A stretch of DNA of 62,900 bases, the filler included, from Octopus bimaculoides (taxonomy: Eukaryota), in the NCBI RefSeq assembly GCF_001194135.2. It is 3 parts of 3 records of this genome, joined end to end, with 100 filler letters (N's around TTAATTAATTAA, not from the genome) between each part and the next. Parts side by side here need not be neighbours in the genome. Positions count along the whole stretch, not along the records: positions 17,653 to 43,105 come from NC_068986.1; 2 more parts are not named here. One strand, 5' to 3'. Shown here in pieces: positions 24,476 through 35,238 of this stretch; the stretch's first letter is position 1; each line of letters opens with the position of its first letter. The notes under the pieces were generated by a model. It was not told where the DNA came from. It was given only the letters and a program-made list of their open reading frames with translations, and ran no database searches. Position numbers and translations under genes: made by a program.

Positions 24476-24993
24476 TTTTTAAATAAGCGAAGTAGTTATG
24501 TCAATGGATCATTCGAGTAAACCATAGAGTTTACGTGCTAGTAAGTTAGAAGGTATAGTGAAAGGACAAAGCCAACGCTTCGCATTGAAGCAGTTCAACA
24601 GTAAGAAAATAGACGGCTGGTTTTTACTTTAGCGAAGTACGAGTCTCAATTCGAACCTTTGTAGTTAAGGGGGGATAAGAAAAAAATGAATACTGGAGAA
24701 GAAACCTAGAAGTACAAGCGGAGGGAAAGATACCTCAATGAAATAGTGCTTCCCTAAGGTATTGCGGAAACTTAGTTTATGTTTATAAAGTATCGTTAGT
24801 ACGTTACGTTTACTTGCTTAATTTTTTTACTAGACCATGGTTGTATATATCTACATAAGTAGAATACTGTTGGGACAACGGAAATAGTATGAGTCAGGGC
24901 AGAGCTGGTAATTGGTGGCTGGGTTCGCTCGCAGCTTTGAAACCTCTATATGGAATTTTTTTTCACCAGGAATATGGTTCATGACTTTCATGG

Positions 24994-25054
<61 letters not shown>

Positions 25055-25060
25055 CATCAG

Positions 25061-25171
25061 CAGCAGCAACAACAACAACAACAATAGCAGCAACAACAGA
25101 TGTTAGACTGTCACCAGTGGAAGAGAAGCGCTGTGAACGTCTTGACAGCTTTTATGACATTGAAGACTTAT
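25061..25171 (+). CDS. Candidate coding exon (phase 1/1) of host gene; 5' boundary uncertain
   Basis: xAATTTTTIAATTDVRLSPVEEKRCERLDSFYDIEDL; several in-frame tandem AG acceptors (25060, 25063, 25066, 25087, 25090, 25099); donors T|gtgaat (25171) or C|gtagat (25195), both phase 1, matching the next exon. Confidence 0.4.
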
Positions 25172-26102
25172 GTGAATTAACAGCTGCTGGAAATCGTAGA
25201 TACTTGACATTCACATAATTAATCGATTGCATACCATGGTGGCATATATTTCATACTTGTGTAAACTAGATGTGTATCACTTACATTTATCACTTGCTGG
25301 CTATTGTATAAAAAGCACGTTAAACATATTTGTTCAATATAATAAATATTGTTTTCTGTTACTTCCAACCGATATTCTTAACATTTTTTTATAAATAGGA
25401 TAACACGCGACCTACTAGGAGTAAAATAAAATATTTTATTTTTTGCTTTATTATATAATTCATGCATCTTTAAAACAAACTGAGTGATTTAGTGCTGAGA
25501 ATATAACTGAAATCTCGTAATTTATCGCCTACACTCTGTTACATACCCAGGTTAATTGCATTAACGTCAGTCACTGAGTTGCATTTAAACCGAATGTCTG
25601 CAACAAACGTTTCATAAATATACACTGTTCACCTGGTGTGTACCGAAATGTACAGCTCCTGTACTTCAAATTTTACCTTACCTTGTATTTTCTAGAAAAT
25701 CTCTAGAAGGTATGGGCATTTGTAAGTATCATATTCGATTACGCTTGTTTATCATACCAACGTGTGTGTGTGCGATCGTGTGCGTGCGTGCGTGCGTGTG
25801 TGTGTGTGTGTGTGCGTGTGTACGTGTGTGTGTGCGTGTGTGCCTGCGTGATACGATTAAGTATGATATAAATACAGTATTAAACAATAAATTAGTAATA
25901 TTTATAAGTCATTTGTGAGCAAAAAGCTCATTATTTCTCAAAAGTACACAAGTAAGAACTAAATCACACGTAATCTGTTGATATTGAAGTATTTATCAGA
26001 TGTTCAGACAATAGGATTTCGTAATTTACATATCTATATTGATATTTTTTAGCTATGTGTTTCTTACTTAAGATTGTCAATTTACATTAGCCTTATGTTT
26101 AG

Positions 26103-26236
26103 CGATATGGATTGTATTGATTGACGTATCACCTATACAATCCACTACATCATTCGATGAACGAGTTCGCGCCAACTTGGCACTGTGTATTACACAAGAC
26201 GCTGGAAAAACTGCAAACGCGATAATGGATTATTAT
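26103..26236 (+). CDS. Coding exon (phase 1/0) of unidentified host gene
   Basis: Acceptor cttatgtttag|, strong donor TAT|gtgagt; IWIVLIDVSPIQSTTSFDERVRANLALCITQDAGKTANAIMDYY. Confidence 0.7.
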
Positions 26237-26731
26237 GTGAGTTATCACTAAATTCTTTACTCCTTCATTTTTAGTTTCTTATTATATAATGAATATCTCT
26301 ATGATATCAGTGTCAGCGACACTAATTAAGTTCTGATATCGACGAATATTTTCAGAAACGGAATTGTGTAAAATAAAGTACCTCACTTCTTAATCAATAT
26401 TTCTATGCCATAATGTATAAAATCATCATTTGAAAATCACAAAATCTGTTAGTAATTGTTTCTTATGTTTTTGCACAGTGTAAAAACAATGTATTGTTGC
26501 CCACTATAAACTGCCGTCACTTTACTAAATCGATGTCCAATAAATGGAACGCAATATTTCCGAAATTGTACTTTTACATAGATATGACGGTTAAAACTTT
26601 CACATTCCAGGTTAGTACATATAAAAGATTTTTGTCTATAATAAAATATTACTTTTATTTTTACATAGAGTTGATGTATTATATGAAATGATCATATATT
26701 GTGAAATATATATGACAAATCTTAATTGCAG

Positions 26732-26962
26732 TCTGTTGTGTCATCAATGTATAAAGCACTCAGTATATATTCTGTACTGCTCAAGAATTATAAGCAAAGA
26801 GAATATGAAGTTCTGTGTGCTCGTGCTATGTGTTTTGAAAAACCCTGTCCTTATCCAGAGGCGTGTTCTAAAGAAACTCCACCATCAGATGGTATACATT
26901 ATTGCTACTTAAGAAAGGCCAGTGATTGCATGACTGAGCTGGTTAATCAACTGTCGGAAGAG
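26732..26962 (+). CDS. Coding exon (phase 0/0, 77 codons) of unidentified host gene; helical, possibly TPR-like
   Basis: Acceptor ttaattgcag|, donor GAG|gtaagt; SVVSSMYKALSIYSVLLKNYKQREYEVLCARAMCFEK...CYLRKASDCMTELVNQLSEE. Confidence 0.8.
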
Positions 26963-27554
26963 GTAAGTATTGTTATTGTAAACAATGAACATTCAGACAT
27001 ATGACTAATACTCAACTTTTTTAGGGCTGTCAACGACTACATTGTGTGTTCTTCCTTTTTAGATAGTAGATTTAAGTTTGCAGGTTAATTGGTAACTAGA
27101 CTGCCAAGTGATCGCAACGAATTAGATAATTATTTTGTTCTCATAATTTCACATTTATTCTGTGCTTTCCATAGATATAATGTAAATATTTTAAGATCAT
27201 ATATGGATATGTATATACGCACACATACATATACGTATATANNNNNNNNNNNNNNNNNNNNNNNNNNNNNNNNNNNNNNNNNNNNNNNNNNNNNNNNNNN
27301 NNNNNNNNNNNNNNNNNNNNNNNNNNNNNNNNNNNNNNNNNNNNNNNNNNNNNNNNNNNNNNNNNNNNNNNNNNNNNNNNNNNNNNNNNNNNNNNNNNNN
27401 NNNNNNNNNNNNNNNNNNNNNNNNAATGGTATGGATAATACCATACTTAATTCTGGTGCCTAAACTTAAGTACCATATTCACCTTGAATCTAAATATATA
27501 TATATATAGATAAAAAAAAGTGTAGGTGGCATATGAGTGGGTATATATTTATAA

Positions 27555-27739
27555 AAAAGAAGTTTGAAAACGCCAATATATAAAAAATGAATTTTAATTT
27601 AAAATTTTGTCAGAGATATTTTTAACATGTTTCGGTTCTTGTAAAAACGAACCTTGAACCGAAACATGTTAAAAATATCTCTGACAAAATTTTAAATTAA
27701 AATTCATTTTTTATATATTGGCGTTTTCAAACTTCTTTT
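27555..27739. repeat. Perfect palindrome, 84-bp arms with 17-nt spacer, derived from a PLE pLTR hammerhead region
   Basis: 27555-27638 is the reverse complement of 27656-27739; minus strand reads aaGGTTC-gtttttacaa-GAACC GAAA CATGT T (hammerhead stem II, core, palindromic stem III). Confidence 0.9.
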
Positions 27740-27759
27740 ATATATATATATGCATGTAT

Positions 27760-28055
27760 GCGATGGATTCTCCCATCGTTAGACGACGTATGAGGGTTCA
27801 ACAATTTCTTACCAAGCAACCACACAGATAATTTGTTAACAGTGATCAAATGTTTGTGTAGACATAAGCTCACTCCTTCCATCAGATCGGCATTACCGGC
27901 ACAAGTGCAACGGCTGCCACATGTCAGATGTCGAAATGGTCGCAGAGCAACGTGAAATAAAGTGCTTTGCTCAAGAACACAACGCAACGCCCGGTCTGGG
28001 AATCGAATCCATGATCTCGTAATCGTGAGGGCAACACCCTAATCACTAAGCCATG
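27760..28055 (-). mobile_element. tRNA-derived SINE (family D)
   Basis: Minus-strand head gcatggcttagtgattagggtg...gattcgattcccagaccggg followed by gtgttcttgagcaaagcactttatttcac body. Confidence 0.75.
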
Positions 28056-29503
28056 CATCTTCACACACACTCACCTATACACGCACATATCTTGTGTCTT
28101 GGGAGGGTCAATACACCAACAAGAATAAACACACGCACTGGTTCAATAACACTTCGTAACTTTTAGTCACTCGGCTAAATATCTAGCCGACAAACTAATC
28201 GATCGTTTCTTTAATGTGCCAATCGGCTGTTTAACAGAATAGATGCACCCACGCGTGTGCTTGCGTGTGTGTATCTGTGTGTGTGTGTGGGGGGGAGTAT
28301 GTGAGTGCAGGCATAGTTATATAGGCATATATATAGCGTAGGGTTAGAATGACAGTAGTATGCATGGAAATCCATATTTATTAAATACCTATAATTACGA
28401 ACAATTCCAGTACACTACCATACACATCAATTTGCGCGCGTACGTGCACGCATGGCGGTATAGATATATATGGTAGGATTAAAATGACATTGGGATACAA
28501 GGGAATCCATACAAATAAATACATGTAGTTATGAACAATTCCAATACACAACCATCCATACACATCCACCAGCGCGCAGACGTGCAAGCACGCCCACATG
28601 CACGCGTAAACACACACACACAGACACATCCACGTACATGCACGTACAAATATAAATATCTACAGAGAATAAAGTACAGTAGTTAAGGGAAAACTAGAGA
28701 TAAGGAAAGAAACAACGAGAGAAGCGGGTATAACTAAACAGGAATTAGTACTATGAAGGCATCCGTTGACAAAACCCAGTGAAATGAGAGATAAAAATAA
28801 TCAACAAGTGTCACTCCAACCCGACTGTCTAATGTTGGTGCGGTATGAAACCATATCGGTCACTGCTCTCTACACAAATCGTGTACAGTTGGTTCGATTT
28901 TCTACATCATGCTTAGTTTATTTAGCTGTTTTTCATGTTTCTCATAAGTATTGGCTTCTTAATCATATTGCTTTAGTCATGCACTCCTCTCTTTCAGTTT
29001 GATTTCTTTGATCCCAGTATCTCGCTTCCTTTATTTTTCTATTGGAATATTCATACATCCCATGTCCGTTTTTGTTTCGCCATTGTATTCTCTTACATTT
29101 TCAGAGTGATCTTTCTACCCCCAAAACACTTTATAGACAGACACATTACCCTTTACAGATGGAATGATATTGGACGAAATTGGTCCATCGATAATATTCT
29201 CTCCTACTCAAGTATCAGGAAGTTCTCTGCTAAGCAGCATCTTCTCATAGTGGTTCCTTTCTCCACGCTCGTTGTAATAACTCTTTTACATTATGAAAAT
29301 GATAGACAAGTGTGTGAAAATTTAGTATGTGATTCTGTTATCGCCTAGTACACTTTCGGATCTCGCCGTTTGCACAAAGAACTTTTATCTATATCACTGG
29401 GTACATATATAAAGTTAGGGTGTTATTTATTTAGATGCTTGTGAGTATAACGTTGTTAAAACAAATCAACTCCACAGTTACAATATTTTTTCATATTTTT
29501 CAG

Positions 29504-29671
29504 ATGACCTCCAAAGATGATCCAATGGAGACACTAATTGTAGATGAGACACTCTTGATCCCGAGATTTACTTCAGAAATTCATCGCCAGTTGTATATCA
29601 TGGCCACAGTGCAAAGACTTGTAGAGGATTTAAACACTGCTGAATACGCACTGGAGTATTTACTTTCATAA
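29504..29671 (+). CDS. Terminal coding exon of host gene (phase 0, stop TAA)
   Basis: Acceptor tttcatatttttcag|; MTSKDDPMETLIVDETLLIPRFTSEIHRQLYIMATVQRLVEDLNTAEYALEYLLS*; phase matches the 26962 donor. Confidence 0.7.
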   Translation: MTSKDDPMETLIVDETLLIPRFTSEIHRQLYIMATVQRLVEDLNTAEYALEYLLS

Positions 29672-29721
29672 CCTGAAAGTAATTTAACACACACACAACA
29701 CAAGACACGCGCGCGCGCACA

Positions 29722-30266
29722 TCATTTAATATACACAGTATTTAAAAGACCTACTGATAGTTTCGTGCTTTAGAGTTACAATAAATTGGCGGATTTATAT
29801 AACATGGCACGTATCTCCAAGCAATCTTTCAGGTCAAGTGCATATCGTTAGATGCTTTTAAAAATCAGGACGCTGGTCTATGAGAAAACATGAAAAATGG
29901 AGGGCACCAAACGCTCCGCATTGTAGCTATCACATAAACTTTGGCTTCTTTTCTGATATATTCTACACTAGCTAGATTAATTATGGTTTCTAGAGACAAA
30001 GAAAACGAAGTGCTTGGTGTTCCTACTTTTCTTTCTTCTTGTTCCACTTTTTCATCAACCTTTTTCGCGTGATTTTTATTCCTCGCTTTTTTCCCCTCTT
30101 ATCTCATAGACCAACTTCCTGGTTTTTAGATACATCAGATATGCACTGAGTATGAAAGATTGCTTGGAGATTCGTGGTATGTTATATAAATCTGCCAAAT
30201 TATTGTATCTCTAAACCATGAAACTATTAGTAACTCTTTTCTAAATACTGCGTTTATTAAATTATA
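29722..30266. mobile_element. MITE-like element with inverted arms of about 170 bp
   Basis: About 29722-29890 vs reverse complement of about 30098-30266 share long blocks (gatttatataacat, atctccaagcaatctttca, gtgcatatc, tggtctatgaga); roughly 80% by eye. Confidence 0.8.
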
Positions 30267-30374
30267 CTTATCTCTTTCTGGATGGAGTACTTTTTGTTGA
30301 TTCTACCCATATATATATGTATATGTGTGTTTTTATATATATGTATGTGAGTAAAATATATGTATATATGTATG

Positions 30375-30408
<34 letters not shown>

Positions 30409-31109
30409 TGTATGTATGTATGTATCTATCTATCTGTCTGTCTGTCTATATNNNNNNNNNNNNNNNNNNNNNNNNNNNNNNNNNNNNNNNNNNNNNNNNN
30501 NNNNNNNNNNNNNNNNNNNNNNNNNNNNNNNNNNNNNNNNNNNNNNNNNNNNNNNNNNNNNNNNNNNNNNNNNNNNNNNNNNNNNNNNNNNNNNNNNNNN
30601 NNNNNNNNNNNNNNNNNNNNNNNNNNNNNNNNNNNNNNNNNNNNNNNNNNNNNNNNNNNNNNNNNNNNNNNNNNNNNNNNNNNNNNNNNNNNNNNNNNNN
30701 NNNNNNNNNNNNNNNNNNNNNNNNNNNNNNNNNNNNNNNNNNNNNNNNNNNNNNNNNNNNNNNNNNNNNNNNNNNNNNNNNNNNNNNNNNNNNNNNNNNN
30801 NNNNNNNNNNNNNNNNNNNNNNNNNNNNNNNNNNNNNNNNNNNNNNNNNNNNNNNNNNNNNNNNNNNNNNNNNNNNNNNNNNNNNNNNNNNNNNNNNNNN
30901 NNNNNNNNNNNNNNNNNNNNNNNNNNNNNNNNNNNNNNNNNNNNNNNNNNNNNNNNNNNNNNNNNNNNNNNNNNNNNNNNNNNNNNNNNNNNNNNNNNNN
31001 NNNNNNNNNNNNNNNNNNNNNNNNNNNNNNNNNNNNNNNNNNNNNNNNNNNNNNNNTCATTCATGCATACATAATACGTAGATACATACATATATATTGC
31101 ACGCACACA

Positions 31110-33450
31110 CACGTGTGTGTGTGTATGAATTCGAGTAGTATATCCTTGGTCAGGAGGGTCAGAAAGTCACCATTGGTTTCGCGTCTACTTTTGTCCAGGA
31201 CAAATAGACAAATCATCAGATATGCTGGCTGGAAACACGTAACTTCTTTTCTGAAAGAGGTAAATATACAGTCTAGGTCAGTTTGGTGGTGGCAAAATGG
31301 AAACGAAAAAAACCACCCCTTTCTGAGAGGGAAAGGAGAGTTGCCTTCCATTGTATGATTCCAGCTGTGGCTGAAGTGGGTCAGCTGTACCTGTGTCCCG
31401 TCTTTTCCGTTCTGTTGTTGGAAAACGGGTAAGATCACGTTTCCAAAATGAATTTTCTCTCAAAATTTCACTTTTTGAATTCAAGAAGGCGCCTGGATCC
31501 TGCGAACTTTTTAGGATCATTGCCAACTCGGCTAATGAAATTTGCACTCTCTGCTTCCGTTTGATATGACCGAGGTGGCTCAAGCAACTTCCAATTAGTT
31601 TTATATGGCAATCCTTCCTCTTTAATCATAATATACAACTGGCTAACGTAACTCTTTTAGAGTCCTCTCTCGGACTTATAGTTATTTAGCATGGCTTTAA
31701 AAGGGTCCTTCGTTGCTTCAACGTGTGTGTTCTTTCGTTGATGTTACTATCGCTGCTGTTACCGTTGGGGAGCTTGTGAACATTCACTAATATATTTTGT
31801 ACAGTAGGCACATGGTTGAACGAGATCCTTAAGTTATGTCTATTAAATAACCTCCTGTAACTATGGAGCTGTGTGAAATGCTTATCTACTAATCTAAGAA
31901 AGACCCTTTCCACACAAGTTTTGACGTTAAGAGAGAAGATGTGGGGCAAACCAGGGGACTTTACGGCGGTGTTTTCTTTTGTTGAGGCTAGGTTCCAGCG
32001 TATAGGTAATGCAGTCCGGAAAAACGCTGGCTGCTAGAGTTTCGTTGTAATAGGGGCCGCTGCATTAAAAACGTATTTATTTGAAGATAGTTTCGAAATC
32101 TTCTTACTGACATCCTTCACAATGTTTTGAAACAGTATAGACAGATGGCAGGAGGCTGTGTTCATATACGACAATGTTTCATTAAATTTGCTGTAGGGCC
32201 TGAATAAACTGGTGCCCAAATCGAGCGTTACATCTAAAGAATTAACTATGGTAAGGTTAGACTCAATGGTAACCTAAAGACTGAGGGATGTACGTGTGTG
32301 AACCAAGTCCCTTTTAAGTCTGTACAGGGTGTGGCCTTCGTGCGTTTACAGATGGTTAGAGTGTCATCTCTCTATAGACCTAAGTGGACAAACTTAATTA
32401 AGGTGTCAAGTATATATAATTCTACGAGGTCGCAGATATCCGCGCCATCGAATGCTCTAATCGCCACATCGAAGGAGCCTTCTGGGTCAGTTTGGTTGGC
32501 CCATACCAAACCTTTGTCGAACTGCTGGGTTTTTCTGGCGTGTATTAGTCCCTCTATATCCCGCTCACTAACAACAATAAACACCATAGCAAATTTCTAG
32601 TAACCCTTTCGATATAGATAGATAAAAGTCCACTATACCAAACTGGATGAACCTTGCTCTACTTAAACCTGGTTTGCCTTAAACCATGAAATTACTTCAT
32701 TGGTATTATACCGTAAGGAGGGACCTGTTTCTTTCTTTATGGCGTCGTTCATCTTCCTCAAAACATGCTGAATCACCAGCCCGATTTCCCATTTAACCGA
32801 GATAATCAAGCATCACGTAGCGTTGGAGACAAAGTTCGTCTTATGATGCTTGATCATAATTGAATACATTCCTCTTAGCTAAGGTTTCCACTCTGTCAGC
32901 TATTCCTAGAGCCCTAGCTAACTCTTTGGGCTCGTTGTTTATGCTTTCGTATGTATGAAGGAAAGCTTACCTATAGTTTTGTATGACGCTATTCCTTCAT
33001 CATAAATGTGAGTATCTATTCTATATAGTTTTGTTTTGTTTTCGTTTTATCAGAAAAAAGTAAAGCCTTATTTAAATGTCTAAGTAGGCGAGTATTTGAA
33101 GTAAGCTTCCGTTGAATAAGGTTAGAGAACTTACAGAATTTCAGTTTGGGGGTGATGCTTCAATGGTCTTTCGTTCTTTGATTCTGGATGGAAGCCTTCT
33201 ACATTTGGTGTTGTAAGTATTGGATAACGAGGGTAGGCTTTCAATCTTGTGCACCTTGTTAGCTTGATGATCTTTCCGAGGAGCATCCTAATGTAGTTTG
33301 TTTGATGGTGTGGGTGCATTTTTGGTAACCCAAATCTTATAATTCCATGTCCGCAAAGAGAATATAGTGGCCTATTGTCATATACTCTGCGACCAAGAAA
33401 AGAAGTAGGTCAGGCTAAATAACCATTGGTCTTCTGTTAGGATCCTGGAG
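31110..33450 (-). mobile_element. Decayed Penelope-like retroelement (RT + endonuclease region + 3' pLTR); resembles Hydra-group PLEs
   Basis: FDVAIRAFDGADICDLVELYIL...GL*RDD (YRDD with TAT>TAG); FRPYSKFNETLSYMN; KISKLSSNKYVFNAAAP; FSLNVKTCVERVFLRLVDKHF...RLFNRHN; C-terminal LAELAMIL...FLNSKSEILR. Confidence 0.85.
31160..31227 (-). ncRNA. Hammerhead ribozyme motif in PLE 3' pLTR (degenerate)
   Basis: CAGCATAT CTGATGA [gtcta-tttgtc/gacaaa-tagac] GAAA CC AAT GGT G ACTTTCTG; stem III ACC/GGT intact but position 17 is G. Confidence 0.6.
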
Positions 33451-33454
33451 AGGA

Positions 33455-33990
33455 TCCTAAAAGAGTTACATTACCAAGCTATATATAACAATTAAAAAAG
33501 AAGGGAACGTCATATAATTTTAACCAGAAGCTGTTTGAACAATGGCAACTATATCACAACGGAAGCAGACAATGCAAGTTTTCTTAGCCGAGATGGCAGT
33601 GATCCCAAAAAAATTCGCAAAAGAATTCAAAATGTAAAATTTTTAACCACTACTCTCATGACAAAAAATTCATTTTGGAAAAGTGGTCTTCCCTGTTTGC
33701 CGATCAGAGAACGGAAAAAAGCGTACGCAGGTACAGCTGATCCACTTCGGCCACAGCTGGAATCGTACAACGGGAGGCAATTCTTTTTTCTCTATCAGGT
33801 TCTTTTTTCATTTCGGTTTTTTTCCACCACTAAACTGACCAAGACTGTATATTTACCTCCATCAGCAAACAAGCTATGTGCTTCCGATCAGCATGTCTGA
33901 TGAGCCGCCTATATTGCCCATGGCAATAGTAAACGCGAAACCCATGCTAACTTTATGACCAGTTATGTCATAACCAAGGATATACTACTC
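33455..33990 (+). mobile_element. Inverted copy of the PLE 3' end/pLTR
   Basis: Aligns by eye with the reverse complement of about 31110-31660 (shared ENSFWK...GTADPLxPQLESYNGRQ in ORFs 31278..31583 and 33535..33900). Confidence 0.8.
33889..33957 (+). ncRNA. Hammerhead ribozyme motif in inverted pLTR (degenerate)
   Basis: CAGCATGT CTGATGA [tattgcc/ggcaata] GAAA CC CAT GCT A ACTTTATG; H17 = A but G16.2 changed to C. Confidence 0.6.
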
Positions 33991-34348
33991 GCATACATAA
34001 TAGTATAACTACTCAAAATTTCTATTTAGAGTGTGCTTCTTTCTGAATTATGGACAACTGTTTGTGTGTGTGTGCCTCTGTGTGTATGTGCATGTGTGCG
34101 TACGTGTGTATGTGCGTGTATTTCACACACAGATATATATATAGAGAGAGGGGGAGAATGAGAGATTTATACGGAAATAACTATCTTTTAGACAATCTCT
34201 TGTATAAATGTGGTCCATCCTTATTTGCATATTCAAATAAATCTCTCTGTTATACATATTTACATCCATCCATCCATCCATCCATCCATCCATACATACA
34301 TACATACATACATACACACACACATACATACACATACCTATATATATA

Positions 34349-35238
34349 TCAGGTTGAGTAAAATGTAAGCAACGTTTTGAAACATGAAATTCATCGCAAT
34401 ATATTCCAACAATGCAGAAATTTTATTCATCAAAGTAAGTACCATTACAATCAACACATTTTTGCCAACGAGTTACGAGTTTGTTTATTCCAGTAACATG
34501 AAAATCTGGAGTTCTGGAGCTGATGAACTCTTTGAACGCACTTTCAGCATCGGTTTGATTTTTGAACTTCTCTCGCAGGAAACCATCAAGGTGCTTGAAA
34601 AATTGGTAGTCGGTAAGAGAAAGGTCTGGGGAGTAAGCTGGGTGGGGAAGAACTTCGTAGCCAAGTTCCCTCAACTTCTAGAGCGTCATTAGTGAAACGT
34701 ATGGTCGAGTATTGTCATGAAGAATGATTAGTCCTTTTTTGTTGGCCAGTCTGAGATGGAGGTGTAGCAGTTTTTCGTTCATTTTGTCAATTTCATGGCA
34801 ATATGTTTCTGCAATAATGGTTTTTCCGGGTTTTAAGAAGTTATAGTGGATGAGTTCAGCAGTACACCAGTCACCATAACCTTCTTTTTGAAGAGCTCGA
34901 GTATAGGGAAAGTTTTCGGTGCTTCATTTTGGTCCAACCATTTCGAAGAACGTTCTTTATTATTATACAGAATCCACTTTTCATCGCAAGTTACAATACG
35001 GTCGAGAAATGGATCGGTCTGGTTACGGAGAAGCGACGAGCAAATTTCTTATCTACGCATTTTCTGATTTTCATTCAAATCGCGTGGTACCCATTTGCCG
35101 AGCTTTTTTGATTTTTCGATCGTATGCAAATGGCGCAGACAGTTTTCTGGCTAACTTGAAGTTTCTTTTGCCAGTTCTCGAGTGGTTTAACGTGGATCTT
35201 TCTCAATGACAGGCTTTAATTGACTGTCGTCTATATCT
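34349..35238 (-). mobile_element. Mariner (Hsmar1-like) transposase pseudogene with one TIR, 5' end missing
   Basis: KWVPRDL, IVTCDEKWILYNN, LHDNTRP, HPAYSPDLSLTDY, RWQKCVDCNGTYFD; TIR TA|TCAGGTTGAGTAAAATGTAAGCAACGTTTT resembles Hsmar1. Confidence 0.92.

Noticed and set aside
29885-29940. SECIS-like ATGA...AAA stem downstream of the host stop codon
   Set aside because: The 3' GA of the non-Watson-Crick quartet is missing and it lies in MITE spacer sequence.
33535-33900. 121-aa ORF as a small gene
   Set aside because: It is a frameshifted read of the inverted PLE C-terminus/pLTR.
34520-34526. CTGATGA as a hammerhead core
   Set aside because: Antisense mariner coding sequence; no stem II-GAAA follows.
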